IMG/VR virus record: IMGVR_UViG_3300048121_001678
Location: 124,001-188,000 of that record
DNA: 64,000 nucleotides
Strand: one strand, 5' to 3'
Below, piece by piece: positions 49,808 through 60,729 of this stretch (its first letter is position 1; the number at the start of each line of letters is the position of its first letter). Below the pieces are notes generated by a model, which was given only the letters and a program-made list of their open reading frames with translations, did no database searches and had not been told where the DNA came from. The translations under genes and the position numbers were made by a program.

Positions 49808-50161
49808 TTAAATAATATTGATATATAAATTTTCTCTGATTGGGGTAATGAGTTCACCCATTGAATTAATTATCGAGAATTCACCCAAAAAACGACCTTT
49901 TCTTTTAGTGTCCCTCAATAACCACTTATAATATATGTAGTATGTGATTGGGGCGTTAGGGTTGTCTTGTGTTTTTTCAGTTATAAACGCATTGTTCATA
50001 ATAATCTTTGGAATGCCAGTCGACTCTTCTTTCATTGAAAAACGGATTGTTGCGTTGTCTAAATCAGCGTCGAACAATTTCCAAGAATCTGTTCGACCAT
50101 CTCTTACAACTTCCATCTTTAAGATTGGTAACTCACTGTTTTGTTTTATAAAGAATTCCAT
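49808..50161 (-). CDS. Small BppU-N-like adaptor domain protein
   Basis: MEFFIKQNSELPILKM...ATIRFSM...YKW...DT...G.F.GEF; paralogous to the N-terminus of 53640..58664. Confidence 0.6.
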   Translation of the reverse strand: MEFFIKQNSELPILKMEVVRDGRTDSWKLFDADLDNATIRFSMKEESTGIPKIIMNNAFITEKTQDNPNAPITYYIYYKWLLRDTKRKGRFLGEFSIINSMGELITPIRENLYINII

Positions 50162-50180
50162 AATTATAAATATATCAATA

Positions 50181-50208
50181 AAGAAAAACCCCTCCGAAGA
50201 GGGGTTTT
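50181..50208 (-). terminator. Intrinsic terminator with a cUUCGg loop
   Basis: Minus strand AAAACCCCTC-TTCG-GAGGGG-TTTTTCTTT. Confidence 0.9.
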
Positions 50209-50231
50209 ATATTTTATAGGTTTTTAATTTA

Positions 50232-53200
50232 TTATAATGCCTGTGGTACAAAGTCGTAACTAATCGTTATATTGTTGTTACCAAGTGTGAACGACCTTGA
50301 AGCATTTCCAGGATTTATTCCACTATTTGCAGAAATCGATGATACACTTTGTCCTGTTACTGATGCGACACCTTGTGTTTCTCCGTATATCTGACATCCC
50401 GAACCTAACACACCTTGAGATTCAATGTAGAATAGGATTGTATCACCAGCTACCGCTTGGATTGAATCTGTTGAATCATTTCCACTACCAGTCGCTTGGT
50501 ATGAAGATTGTAACACTCCGTTCACATAAATAGAACCTGAACCTCTAGCACATGTCGCACTTGTGAAATTGAGATTAATTGTTCTCAGTGTTACCGAGGT
50601 TGACGGTGTTGGTGTTGGTGTCTTAGTTGGTGTACGTGTTGGTGTTGCCGACCTCGTTACTGAAGGTGTTGGTGTTGGTGAAGCAGGTGCCGGAGTACCT
50701 GTTGGTGTTCTCGTTGGTGTACTCGTTGGAGTCGGTGTTGGTAGTGCACAGAATGAACAAGTGTCCCCAACGGCAGTAATTGTATACGGCGGTGGTTCAG
50801 GGCTTTCATCAATAGCCACAATCTGCCAACAACCCGTTGTCTCTTTAACAGAACAGTAATCACCGATTGACGGTACTGATGAGAAACCAGAACCTAATAA
50901 TGCACTTGCTTGTGTTCCACCTGGTTGACAATTACCGTCAACGTAATTTATTGACTGTAATATGAATTTATATTCTACACATGGATGCTCTTGTAAACAT
51001 GATGTACATCCTTCATAGAACGAACCTCCTGGTGACCATATACCCTCTTGATTCCTAAATGTTCCGTCAATTATACCTAAATCGGTTACGTCGTCACCAC
51101 CATAGCTCTGTCCAATAAACTTAACACAAGTATCAAGAATACCTGTTTGTTCTTCTAAGTATAACGACACGTCACTACTCTCTTCGAGTGCGGATAAAAT
51201 GGAACCTGTCTGACTTTGATTTAAGGATATTCTATATACTAGTGCTGGTGTATTACAACATTCTGAGAAGTACATTGGGTAATATACCGTAGATGGTGTT
51301 ACTGATGGAGTAACAGACGGAGTAACACTAGTAGATGGTGTTATCGTTGGCTGTGGAGTTTGTGTTGCCTGTGGAGTATTAGATGGTGTAACCGTTTGTG
51401 TAGGTGCCGGTGTTTGTGTTGCCTGTGCCGTTGGAGTAACTGTTGAAGTTGCCGTAGGTTCAGGTGTTGATGTCGGAGCCGGTGTACCTGTTGGTTCAGG
51501 TGTTGACGTAGGTGCCGGTGTACCTGTTGGTTCAGGTGTTGACGTAGGAGTTACACTTGAAGTTTGAGTTGGTGTATTAGTCGGTGTTTCTGTAGGTGTT
51601 GGGGTTACACTTGCAGTTGGAGTTACACTCGCTGTTGGAGTAGGACTCGATGTTGGAGTATTAGTTGGTGTATATGTTGGCGACGGTGTCACTGAACTTG
51701 TAGGGGTTACAGACGATGTCGGTGTAACCGTTGATGTCGGAGTGTTACTTGGTGTTACTGTATTAGTAGGTGTTGGTGACTGAGTAGGTGTGTTTGTCGG
51801 TGTTCTTGATAGAGAAACCGTTGGAGTCACTGTACTTGTTGAAGTAACGGTTGGAGTAACTGTCGGTGTTACTGATGACGTTACTGAAGGCGTTGGTGTT
51901 ACTGAGGCAGTTACTGTTGCGGTAACTGTAGGTGTTACGGTCGATGTAGCCGTCGGTGTGAATGTTGACGTTGGTGTTACTGTCGATTGAGGGGTAACAG
52001 AAGGTGTTACTGAAGAACTTGGAGTTACTGTAGGTGTTACCGTTGATGTGTTTGTTGGTGTAACGGAAGGTGTTACTGAAATTGTTGGTGTAACTGTAGA
52101 TGTGTTTGTTGGTGTTATTGTTTGAGTAGGGTCAGGTGTTGAACTTACTCCTGGCGTTTGAGATACTGATGCAGTTATCGATGGTGTCGGTGTAACATCT
52201 GCGGTTGGAGTCACACTCGATGTTGGTGTAACTGGTGGTGTTGAAGTTTTAGTCGGCGTTGGTGTTGAAGTAGATGTTGATACAGGTGTTGCTGTTGTTG
52301 TTGGTGTTACTGTAGATGCTGGTGTTGATGTCGGTGCAGGTGTGGATGTTGTTGTTGGCGTAGAAGTACCACCTGGTGTTGACGTAGGTTGAGGTGTAGA
52401 TGTCGGTGCCGGTGTACCTGTTGGTTCAGGTGTTGTAGTTGCCTCAGGTGTGGATGTCGGTTCAGGTGTTGTAGTTGCCTCAGGTGTTGTAGTCGCCTCA
52501 GGAGTAACTGTAGACGCTGGTGTACCTGTTGGTGTTGGAGTAGCACTTGAACCTGGTGTATTTGATACTGAAACCGTTGGTGTTACAGTTGGTGACGGAG
52601 TTGCTGTCACTGATTGTGTTGGAGTGTTTGTAGGTGTAGACTCAGGAGTCAATGTAGGTTGTGCTGTCGAAGTAGGTGTTGGAGTCGATGTACCACCTGG
52701 TGTTTGTGTAGGGTTAGGTGTTAATGTAGCTTGTGGTGTTTGACTTACACTAGCCGTAACTGATGGTGTCGGAGTTGCCGTACCACCTGGTGTTTGTGTA
52801 GGAGTATTAGTTGGTGTTGCAGTTGCCGTGTTAGACGGTGTAACTGAACTACTTGGCGTATTTGTTGGGGTAACATCAGGTGTTGATGAAATGGTAGGGG
52901 TTGGTGTTGCACTTGCACCTGGAGTATCAGATACTGAAACTGAAGGTGTCGGTGTACTTGTTGTTGTTGATGTTGGAGTAGATACCGGTGTACCCGTTGG
53001 GGTTGGCGTCCCTGTAGACTGTGGAGTACTTGTTGGAGTTGCAGTTGTTGTAGAAGTTGGTGTTGAAACAGGTGTACCTGTTGGAGTTGCCGTCGTTGTC
53101 GATGTCGGTGTTGTTGTTGGTAACGGTGTACGAGTTGGAGTAGTCGTTGTGGTTGGCTCTGGTGTTGAAGTAACAGTAGCCGTAATAGTTGCTGTTGGCG

Positions 53201-53585
53201 TTGAAGTGGATTGTGGAGTACTTGTTGGTGTTCTTGTTGGAGAAACCGTTTGAGTAATCGTTGCCGTCATCGTAGGTGTTACCGTAGATGTTATCGTTGC
53301 AGTGATAGATGGTGTTACCGATGGTGTATTTGACGGGGTAATTGTTGGGGTAACTGTCTGTGTTTGTGTTGGGGTTGGTGTTGGATGACCAATTACATAA
53401 GTGTAAGATGCTTCGTATGTTTCAGAATAGATTGTGTAGGTACCGTAAAAATAATCAGTAACTAAATCAGCCGGCATAGTAACAACACCAAAGTCCGTTA
53501 CAGTCGAACCTGTATCCGCAGTAAAAGTAATGTGAACACTTTCACCTACTAAATTATCACTCAAAAATCTAATTCCATCTGCCAT
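50232..53585 (-). CDS. Mucin-like Thr/Pro/Ser-rich surface or fibre protein with Cys-rich and C-terminal beta domains
   Basis: About 700 aa of TPT/TVTP/TSTP repeats, a Cys-rich globular region, a second TP linker and a beta-rich tip; two TATTTATA copies upstream. Confidence 0.75.
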   Translation of the reverse strand: MADGIRFLSDNLVGESVHITFTADTGSTVTDFGVVTMPADLVTDYFYGTYTIYSETYEASYTYVIGHPTPTPTQTQTVTPTITPSNTPSVTPSITATITSTVTPTMTATITQTVSPTRTPTSTPQSTSTPTATITATVTSTPEPTTTTTPTRTPLPTTTPTSTTTATPTGTPVSTPTSTTTATPTSTPQSTGTPTPTGTPVSTPTSTTTSTPTPSVSVSDTPGASATPTPTISSTPDVTPTNTPSSSVTPSNTATATPTNTPTQTPGGTATPTPSVTASVSQTPQATLTPNPTQTPGGTSTPTPTSTAQPTLTPESTPTNTPTQSVTATPSPTVTPTVSVSNTPGSSATPTPTGTPASTVTPEATTTPEATTTPEPTSTPEATTTPEPTGTPAPTSTPQPTSTPGGTSTPTTTSTPAPTSTPASTVTPTTTATPVSTSTSTPTPTKTSTPPVTPTSSVTPTADVTPTPSITASVSQTPGVSSTPDPTQTITPTNTSTVTPTISVTPSVTPTNTSTVTPTVTPSSSVTPSVTPQSTVTPTSTFTPTATSTVTPTVTATVTASVTPTPSVTSSVTPTVTPTVTSTSTVTPTVSLSRTPTNTPTQSPTPTNTVTPSNTPTSTVTPTSSVTPTSSVTPSPTYTPTNTPTSSPTPTASVTPTASVTPTPTETPTNTPTQTSSVTPTSTPEPTGTPAPTSTPEPTGTPAPTSTPEPTATSTVTPTAQATQTPAPTQTVTPSNTPQATQTPQPTITPSTSVTPSVTPSVTPSTVYYPMYFSECCNTPALVYRISLNQSQTGSILSALEESSDVSLYLEEQTGILDTCVKFIGQSYGGDDVTDLGIIDGTFRNQEGIWSPGGSFYEGCTSCLQEHPCVEYKFILQSINYVDGNCQPGGTQASALLGSGFSSVPSIGDYCSVKETTGCWQIVAIDESPEPPPYTITAVGDTCSFCALPTPTPTSTPTRTPTGTPAPASPTPTPSVTRSATPTRTPTKTPTPTPSTSVTLRTINLNFTSATCARGSGSIYVNGVLQSSYQATGSGNDSTDSIQAVAGDTILFYIESQGVLGSGCQIYGETQGVASVTGQSVSSISANSGINPGNASRSFTLGNNNITISYDFVPQAL

Positions 53586-53639
53586 TGTGTATAAATACTT
53601 TAATATATTATTTTATAAATAGTTTATCTTATGAGAATA

Positions 53640-56600
53640 TTATGGGTAAGGTGTGGTAGTATTAAAGTTGTTTAATATTTGTGACGATGTTAACGCGGTA
53701 TTGTATAATCTAATAATACCGTACTCACCCCTAAAGTCACCAGTATTATCCGCACCTGGATTCTGTTGACCAAAGAAGATGTTATTATCAACACCACTTG
53801 ATAAGTATGATACCCCCGCTTCTGAGTCATTTAACACACCATTGATGTATAAACTTTGTGTACCACTTGAGAAATCCCAAACCAATACCACCTGATACCA
53901 CTGACCTTGATTAAATGGTGATGTTGAGTAAAGATAGTTATTCTGCCAAATCTTACCTCTAAATCTACCATCTTCAGCAGCTATTGGTGGCATGTTCCAT
54001 CCCGTTTGTGGGTTTGATTCCGACATTGACATAATGTTACCATTAGTATCATCGGGATTAATCCACAATTCATAAGTGAATGATTGAGTGGCGTTACCTG
54101 TACCCGCAACATTACTTAATAATATGTAATCGTCAATACCATCTGTGACTATAGACTTATCTGTGGAGTTATATGTTGGTCCATTAACTAAAGTACCATT
54201 ATAGTTACCTTGTAAATCCGTCCATAGAGTTCCGGTACCCAGATATGAATTTGAATTTCTGGCGTCTAAATAGACTAATAAATTAGATACTATTGGAGAT
54301 GTCCCTGATGGTGTTACTGTTTGTGTTGGCGTTATTGATGGAGTAACAGAAGATGTTACAGATGGTGTTGGAGTAGATGTCACCTGTGGTGTTTGTGTAG
54401 GTGTTGGTGTAGGCGTAATACAATCATCCGCAAAATAACCTGAAACCCCACCGTGGTTATCTTGGAAAATGTTTCTTAGTGTTACAAAACTTGGTTTAGT
54501 TAAAACTGGTGCGAAATAAGAATTAAATAAGTTATAACCTAAAATATTATTTGTTTGAATACCCGATGGAGTTCTCATATTATCATTCCACTCAGGAGAT
54601 AAAGAACCTCCCGCCCAAAACTCAGACATCTCCCACATACTCCAGTTAAGTAAATACATATACTCTTTATATGCTAATTGAGCCTGTTCTGTATCACCTG
54701 ACCAATTAGGTGCGTATTCACTAGGGTCAAACATACTATTGTCAATAGCTTGTTTCATAGCCAAATGTAAGTCAGTTGTTTGCCAATTCGGATTTTGTTC
54801 CGCCATCCAGTTTACTGCGGTTGACGAACCAGGAACCGCACCCATTATACCAAACAAGTGAACCGTATGGAAAATATGTTCAAATACTTCTCCAATCACA
54901 GTATCTCCACTTGTGGAGCCACTACTGTACCACACCATGTCATTAGTTGCGTGAGTATCTAAGAATTCTTGGTATCCTGTATACCCTGTTATACCTTCAT
55001 CGGTCAACCAATTAGGGTCATAGTCGTCCCCACTACCATAACCAACTCTTTGGGCTGTAGGTATTCCCTCATGTATTGTGCCTACATCACCTCTTAAAGT
55101 GGCTACTAAATTATTTTGATATGACAAAGTAATCCCTGTTGCTGATGGGTCCATTATTAATTGGAATGAACGGGCAACTTTTTTAGAGAATTCATCAGGT
55201 ACAGCAACATTACCACCAACCGCACCGGCTATAACTTCTAACATACCACTAACATTTATACTTCTATCGAATACTGCCCCATTACTGGTATCGGCAGTTA
55301 AAGGTCCTGCGACATAACAACTAAGAAGAGATGCTGCGGATGGGGTCGGTGTTGGAGTTACAGATGCTGTTGGTGTATATGTCGGAGTTGTTGTTGGTGT
55401 AGGTGTATTAGATGCAGTAACTGTAGGTGTTGGTGTTACGTATGGTAAAGGTGATAATGAATATCTCTGTCTGTATTGGTCATAGAATGATGTGATATCT
55501 GAATCAGATATTGCACTATCATATAATGCAACAATACCCATATCTCCATCAAAGAAGTCATCAGCAGCCCAGTTACTATCACCAATGTAATTATTATTTC
55601 TTGTAATTACGTTTGGTAACACACTTGTTAAACCAGATACCGAAGTCGTTTGATTAAACATCGTGTATGTTGAACCGTCAAGACGACCCACATAGAATCC
55701 CCAACCATTGTTTGTTATACCATTAGTAATTGTTTGTGTGAATGCTTGAGTGGCCCCTTGTCTAATCTCAAACCATAGATTATTAGTAGAGCCATTCCTA
55801 CCAAATATGATATTATCACTCTCATCTCCATTACCAAAGTCTATTATTCTCTCCCAATTAGATACCCCATTGAAATTAACAAAGGCTAATATTGTAATAC
55901 CATTACTAAAGTTGTCAAAGCCTGAAGGTACTTCACCATATTGAGATGTTCCGTCAAATGTTACAATACCACCATTAGATGATGACACTGTTGGAGAATT
56001 ATATAATGTGGCATCGTTTCCACCACCACTTGTATCTGTCCATGTTGATGATGTTGCATTCGCACCATCAAGTAATAATATTGGTGAACCTACAACCGAT
56101 GTAGGTGATGGTGTTGGTGTCAATGTAGGAGTTGGAGTGGCTGAATTAGCAAATGGTGTTGCGGTGAAGTCCATTGTCGGTGCTGGTGTATCAGTTGGAG
56201 TAACTGATTGAGTGACCGTAGGTGTTACCGTTGACTCAGGAGTGACTGAAGGAGTTACAGATTGTGTCAATGTTGGAGTTACCGTCGATGTCTTAGTGAC
56301 CGTAGGTGTGTTTGTCGGTGTATTAGATGGTGTTAATGTTTGAGTAACAGAAGCGGTTACTGTTTGTGTTGGGGTGTTTGTATTTGTTACAGTCGGAGTA
56401 ACAGTAGAGGTAACTGACGGAGTTACTGTATTTGTTGGAGTACTCGTTGGTGTTACACCCGGTGTTTCAGATGCGGTTACTGTTTGTGTTGGGGTGTTTG
56501 TATTGGTGACAGTTGGTGTTACTGTTGATGTCACTGACGGAGTTACTGTATTTGTTGGTGTGTTAGAAGGGGTTAATGTTTGAGTAACCGAAGGACTTAC

Positions 56601-58664
56601 TGTCTGTGTTGGCGTATTTGTTGGAGTAACCGTAGGTGTACTTGTTGAAGATGATGTTGGTGTTATGGTGTTTGTTGGTGTGATACTTGCAGTCACCGTT
56701 GGTGTAACCGTACTCGTAGGTGTCGATGTAGGACTTGATGGTGGAGTTACCGAAACTGAAATACTTGGGGTATTTGTTGGTGTGTGTGTTGGAGTAACTG
56801 TAGAAGTGACAGTCGGTGTTACTGACGAAGTAACCGATGGTGTTAATGTTGCAGTCGCAGATGGTGAAACCGTTTGAGTCGGAGTGTTTGTGTTCGTTAC
56901 TGTTGGTGTTACCGTTGAAGTAACCGAAGGTGTTACTGATTGTGTTGGTGTATTTGTTGGTGTCAATGAAGGCGTAACAGATGCCGTTACCGTTTGAGTC
57001 GGAGTATTAGTTGCCGTCACTGTTGGTGTAACAGATGAGGTAACCGAAGGAGTAACCGTCTGAGTTGGGGTGTTTGTCGGTGTTAATGTTGGGGTAATTG
57101 ATGCCGTAACTGTTTGAGTAGGTGTATTTGTGTTCGTCACTGTTGGTGTTACTGACGAAGTGACTGATGGCGTTAAACTTGGACTCACTGAAACCGAAGG
57201 TGTGATACTTACAGAAACCGTGGGTGTTGGAGTATTAGTTGCGGTTTTAGATATCGTAATTGTGGGGTTAGGTGTGTTAGTGGTAGAAGGTGTAACTGTC
57301 GGTAACGGAGTCGTCGATACAGAAGGTGTTAACGTATTTGTTGGCGTGGGCGTCGAAGACCCGATAGGTGTTGCGGTAACATCTGAAGTTGGTATAGGTG
57401 TAGATGTCATAGTAGGTGTTGCAGTACCAATAGGTGTTGCGGTAATATCAAAAGTGGGTATCGGAGTATCCGTAGGGTTTGGTGTATTTGTTGGTGTTGG
57501 GGTAACATCTATAGTTGGAGTAACTGTCGGTGTTGATGTATGACTAATACTTGGTGTGTTTGTTGGAGTTAATGTATTACTAACAATAGGTGTGTCAGTA
57601 GGGTTTGGTGTATTTGTTGCCGTTGGGGTAACATCTATAGTCGATGTAGGTGTAACAGTTGGGCTTTTACTAATAGTTGGTGTGTTTGTTGGAGTTAATG
57701 TATTACTAACAATAGGTGTGTCAGTAGGGTTTGGTGTATTTGTTGCCGTTGGGGTAACATCTATAGTTGGAGTAACTGTCGGTGTTGATGTATGACTAAT
57801 ACTTGGTGTCTGAGTAAGACTAACAGAAATGGAAGGTGTTACACCAATTGTTTTTGTAACTGTTGGTGTTGATGTGATTTGTAAAGTGGATGTGGGTGTG
57901 ATTGATGTTGTCGGAGTTACCGTTGGTGTTGGTGAAGGTGTAGATGTTGGTGTCGGAGTAATCGTAGTATCAAAGTTAGACTTTGGCTCAACCACAAACC
58001 TATATTTACCTGAAGAACTTATATTGTCAACTTTAATATCTTCATAGTAACTTTCACCAGTAATTAAATTATAATTGTATGGGCTTATAATTTTATATGT
58101 GGCATTTTTCTCACCCTTATTTATGGTTAATTTAACTTCATTAACTATTTGACGACCATCAACCATTAAAAGTACATTTTTAAAGGTGATATTCACTTCA
58201 GTATCCACAGGGTATGTTGCGTTGGCTGCGTAGTCAGAAATTACAGAGCCACTACTGTGTGTGTCAGTAAGTGATATTTGATTTGATATCTTATTTCTAC
58301 GACAACACATTTCAGAGTCGGCAAATGATTCCGCAACCGTAATAAATAAACTACTCTCTATCGGTACTCGGTATACTCCCCTTTCATTAGTTATTGTGAA
58401 AAAACCATTGTAACTACCGTTTTTATTAGTATTCTTTTTAGAGAATTGATAAGACAAGATGTAACCTGAATCATCTTTATTTGGTAATACTTGTGCTTTT
58501 GAATTTGCAATCTTATAAATACCTGTTTCGACATCCTGCATTGAAAAGGTAACAGTGGATGCATAGATAAGTGGGTCAAGTTGGTTGTAACCATTTCTTG
58601 ATTCATTTAGAACCTCAACTTGTAGTTTAGGTAACGTACTATTCTTTTTTATAAAAAACTCCAC
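53640..58664 (-). CDS. Mucin-like fibre protein: BppU-like anchor, Thr/Pro stalk, LamG domain, zincin-like domain, second LamG domain
   Basis: LLLDGAN...WTDTSGGGNDATL...FDGTSQY...WERIIDFGNG and LLVYLDARN...WTDL...TYELWINP...WYQVVLVWD...LYING are LamG/ConA-like; EVFEHIFHTVH...KEYMY lies between them. Confidence 0.75.
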   Translation of the reverse strand: MEFFIKKNSTLPKLQVEVLNESRNGYNQLDPLIYASTVTFSMQDVETGIYKIANSKAQVLPNKDDSGYILSYQFSKKNTNKNGSYNGFFTITNERGVYRVPIESSLFITVAESFADSEMCCRRNKISNQISLTDTHSSGSVISDYAANATYPVDTEVNITFKNVLLMVDGRQIVNEVKLTINKGEKNATYKIISPYNYNLITGESYYEDIKVDNISSSGKYRFVVEPKSNFDTTITPTPTSTPSPTPTVTPTTSITPTSTLQITSTPTVTKTIGVTPSISVSLTQTPSISHTSTPTVTPTIDVTPTATNTPNPTDTPIVSNTLTPTNTPTISKSPTVTPTSTIDVTPTATNTPNPTDTPIVSNTLTPTNTPSISHTSTPTVTPTIDVTPTPTNTPNPTDTPIPTFDITATPIGTATPTMTSTPIPTSDVTATPIGSSTPTPTNTLTPSVSTTPLPTVTPSTTNTPNPTITISKTATNTPTPTVSVSITPSVSVSPSLTPSVTSSVTPTVTNTNTPTQTVTASITPTLTPTNTPTQTVTPSVTSSVTPTVTATNTPTQTVTASVTPSLTPTNTPTQSVTPSVTSTVTPTVTNTNTPTQTVSPSATATLTPSVTSSVTPTVTSTVTPTHTPTNTPSISVSVTPPSSPTSTPTSTVTPTVTASITPTNTITPTSSSTSTPTVTPTNTPTQTVSPSVTQTLTPSNTPTNTVTPSVTSTVTPTVTNTNTPTQTVTASETPGVTPTSTPTNTVTPSVTSTVTPTVTNTNTPTQTVTASVTQTLTPSNTPTNTPTVTKTSTVTPTLTQSVTPSVTPESTVTPTVTQSVTPTDTPAPTMDFTATPFANSATPTPTLTPTPSPTSVVGSPILLLDGANATSSTWTDTSGGGNDATLYNSPTVSSSNGGIVTFDGTSQYGEVPSGFDNFSNGITILAFVNFNGVSNWERIIDFGNGDESDNIIFGRNGSTNNLWFEIRQGATQAFTQTITNGITNNGWGFYVGRLDGSTYTMFNQTTSVSGLTSVLPNVITRNNNYIGDSNWAADDFFDGDMGIVALYDSAISDSDITSFYDQYRQRYSLSPLPYVTPTPTVTASNTPTPTTTPTYTPTASVTPTPTPSAASLLSCYVAGPLTADTSNGAVFDRSINVSGMLEVIAGAVGGNVAVPDEFSKKVARSFQLIMDPSATGITLSYQNNLVATLRGDVGTIHEGIPTAQRVGYGSGDDYDPNWLTDEGITGYTGYQEFLDTHATNDMVWYSSGSTSGDTVIGEVFEHIFHTVHLFGIMGAVPGSSTAVNWMAEQNPNWQTTDLHLAMKQAIDNSMFDPSEYAPNWSGDTEQAQLAYKEYMYLLNWSMWEMSEFWAGGSLSPEWNDNMRTPSGIQTNNILGYNLFNSYFAPVLTKPSFVTLRNIFQDNHGGVSGYFADDCITPTPTPTQTPQVTSTPTPSVTSSVTPSITPTQTVTPSGTSPIVSNLLVYLDARNSNSYLGTGTLWTDLQGNYNGTLVNGPTYNSTDKSIVTDGIDDYILLSNVAGTGNATQSFTYELWINPDDTNGNIMSMSESNPQTGWNMPPIAAEDGRFRGKIWQNNYLYSTSPFNQGQWYQVVLVWDFSSGTQSLYINGVLNDSEAGVSYLSSGVDNNIFFGQQNPGADNTGDFRGEYGIIRLYNTALTSSQILNNFNTTTPYP
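57472..57809. repeat. Near-exact 126-bp tandem repeat (about 2.7 copies, 42 aa unit)
   Basis: About 90 nt starting ttggtgtgtttgttggagttaatg are identical at 57551 and 57677; the block at about 57472 recurs 252 nt later. Confidence 0.85.
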
Positions 58665-58683
58665 AGACTATAAATACATTTAA

Positions 58684-60717
58684 TTAATCATTAACTTCAA
58701 TACCAACATCACAGTTAGGATTGGAAACACTGAATCCTACACCACAATCAGTATCTACAACATCAAAACCAAATGCACAACCTTCATCGACAACATCAAA
58801 ACCAAAATTACATGACACATCATTCATAATGAAATCAAAATCACAAGCATTCAAATCAATGTTAAAATCGAAGAAACACTCCGATAATATTTCTAAACAA
58901 TTAGGACACCAAAAATCAAATAAATTATATGTGTCTCTTTCAACTCTAAAATTATGTTGTACCTGTGGTGAATTTAATGGTTCTGTGTAAAATCTCATTT
59001 TAGAAATCCCACCCATAAAAGTCCCACCAAAATTAGGTTCCATCTCAATATTAGTGACAAGTATTGGCTCATATGTTGTACCTGAAATCATTTCATTTGG
59101 CATACATTCAGGGTCTTGTATATATGGTCCGTTTATGTTAGTACAAGATGTTGGTATTAAACTCTCTCTTAAACCTTGTGTACCACCACCCCATGAAATC
59201 GTATATGGTACACCTATTTGTTTTTCTTTCTCAGTGTTTAATTCATGTGGTATAATTTCTTCAAAATCTTCAATAACCATAAACAAATATCCGTTTACGT
59301 ATAATTTTAAAGAACCACGCCTATCACTTACCTCATCCAACCATTTTTGAGTCCATTTAATGTTACCAACTTTTTCATCGTTAGCACCACTTGGACCTAT
59401 TAGTTTAACAGTGTCACCTGCAGTAGATGCCGTATATGTTTCGGTACGGATATCCCCTAATCCACCGACATTTAATAAATCACAATTTTCTAAGTACCTA
59501 TATCTTTCAAAAACGGCAGATAACATAACCCACCTTTCTTTAGTTTTTTCAGACTCGTTAATCGGGTATCCACAAACATCGTATATACCTGATGTCGAAC
59601 ATATCTCATTAATACAATACCCTGATGAGTATGTTGTCCCTGTATTTTCACATGTTCCTGTTGTAATACAACTACCAGTATATTTTATATATTTGACACA
59701 TAATTTAGGATTTTTTGGGTCACCACTTAATCGTAGTGAAACGGCATTTGATAATAAATCAAGTACGGGGTCAGACTCCTTATTAGGGTATATGGTGATA
59801 TTACCACAAGTTTTAAAACAACTAACTAATCCGGCGGTAACCCTTTTATAGTCTTCGACAGATGCACTACTAATCACTTCATTTGAACCACAGATAAACA
59901 AACCATTGTAAATTACAGGTATACCTGTGGCTTTATGGTAAAATTTATTTTCAGAGCGTGTACCAAGAAAAAAGAATGTACCAGAATTACCTGAATAAAC
60001 ATCATTAAGATATTCTTGACTATCACTTAATTCATATTCATCGTACTGTCGGGGTTTGATAAGTGTTTCCATTGACCATCCTTTGTTTACTCTCTCAGGA
60101 AAAATTTCATAGTCATAACCATGTAATTTATAAAATCCTTGAAAGAATCCACCATATAATTCTTGGTAGTAACCTACAGAACTATCTATTTTGTTAACAA
60201 TATTATAAACAGTTTCTTTTGTTTTACCCGTAAATCTTTGGTTTGGGTTTTTGGCAAATGTATTTACAGGGTGTAATTTCATTCTCCTATCGTGATATAG
60301 TGGGTCGTGAGTTTTACTTGGAAAAACACCCATAGAATAATATAATGTATTACCCGATATCTTATCAAACATACCTACATCAATCATTGTAAGACCTACA
60401 TCACAAATACCAGTGAATCCTGTATAACAAGATAAATCGACATTATTAGGGTTATAATAATTTAAAGATGTAAAAGTGTTCGCTGTATTTGCAACATTCC
60501 AGTAAAGGTTTGGTTTCGTAGTTGTACCCGATTGAGTTAAATCAAAATTAATTGGTAAACGATTACCATCATCATATGCAATGACTTTATCTGAAAAAAC
60601 AACTTCGCTGTCGTAGTCGCTCTCATCAGATGCCAAAGTAATATCAAAATACTCACTGGTATCCAACTTAACCTTAAATCTTTTGGAGTTATAACTATTA
60701 ATACTCTGACCTGCCAT
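58684..60717 (-). CDS. Cys-rich LamG-like structural protein with C-terminal 11-aa Cys repeats
   Basis: GWSMETLIKP, LKLYVNG, GGISKMRFYTEPL...VQHNF are dispersed LamG-like strands; C-terminal C-x-[FV]-x-[FI]-x-[VIM] repeats. Confidence 0.6.
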   Translation of the reverse strand: MAGQSINSYNSKRFKVKLDTSEYFDITLASDESDYDSEVVFSDKVIAYDDGNRLPINFDLTQSGTTTKPNLYWNVANTANTFTSLNYYNPNNVDLSCYTGFTGICDVGLTMIDVGMFDKISGNTLYYSMGVFPSKTHDPLYHDRRMKLHPVNTFAKNPNQRFTGKTKETVYNIVNKIDSSVGYYQELYGGFFQGFYKLHGYDYEIFPERVNKGWSMETLIKPRQYDEYELSDSQEYLNDVYSGNSGTFFFLGTRSENKFYHKATGIPVIYNGLFICGSNEVISSASVEDYKRVTAGLVSCFKTCGNITIYPNKESDPVLDLLSNAVSLRLSGDPKNPKLCVKYIKYTGSCITTGTCENTGTTYSSGYCINEICSTSGIYDVCGYPINESEKTKERWVMLSAVFERYRYLENCDLLNVGGLGDIRTETYTASTAGDTVKLIGPSGANDEKVGNIKWTQKWLDEVSDRRGSLKLYVNGYLFMVIEDFEEIIPHELNTEKEKQIGVPYTISWGGGTQGLRESLIPTSCTNINGPYIQDPECMPNEMISGTTYEPILVTNIEMEPNFGGTFMGGISKMRFYTEPLNSPQVQHNFRVERDTYNLFDFWCPNCLEILSECFFDFNIDLNACDFDFIMNDVSCNFGFDVVDEGCAFGFDVVDTDCGVGFSVSNPNCDVGIEVND

Positions 60718-60729
60718 TCCCTTTTTTAA

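Noticed and set aside
50590-57960. Repeats as a possible CRISPR array or DGR template/variable pair
   Set aside because: Repeats are in-frame coding units with no unique spacers or adenine-specific mismatch pattern, and no cas or reverse transcriptase gene is in the window.
50297-58047. Many plus-strand Val/Gly-rich ORFs and minus-strand Gln/His/Leu-rich ORFs
   Set aside because: Antisense or off-frame shadows of the Thr/Pro repeat codons; no independent start signals.
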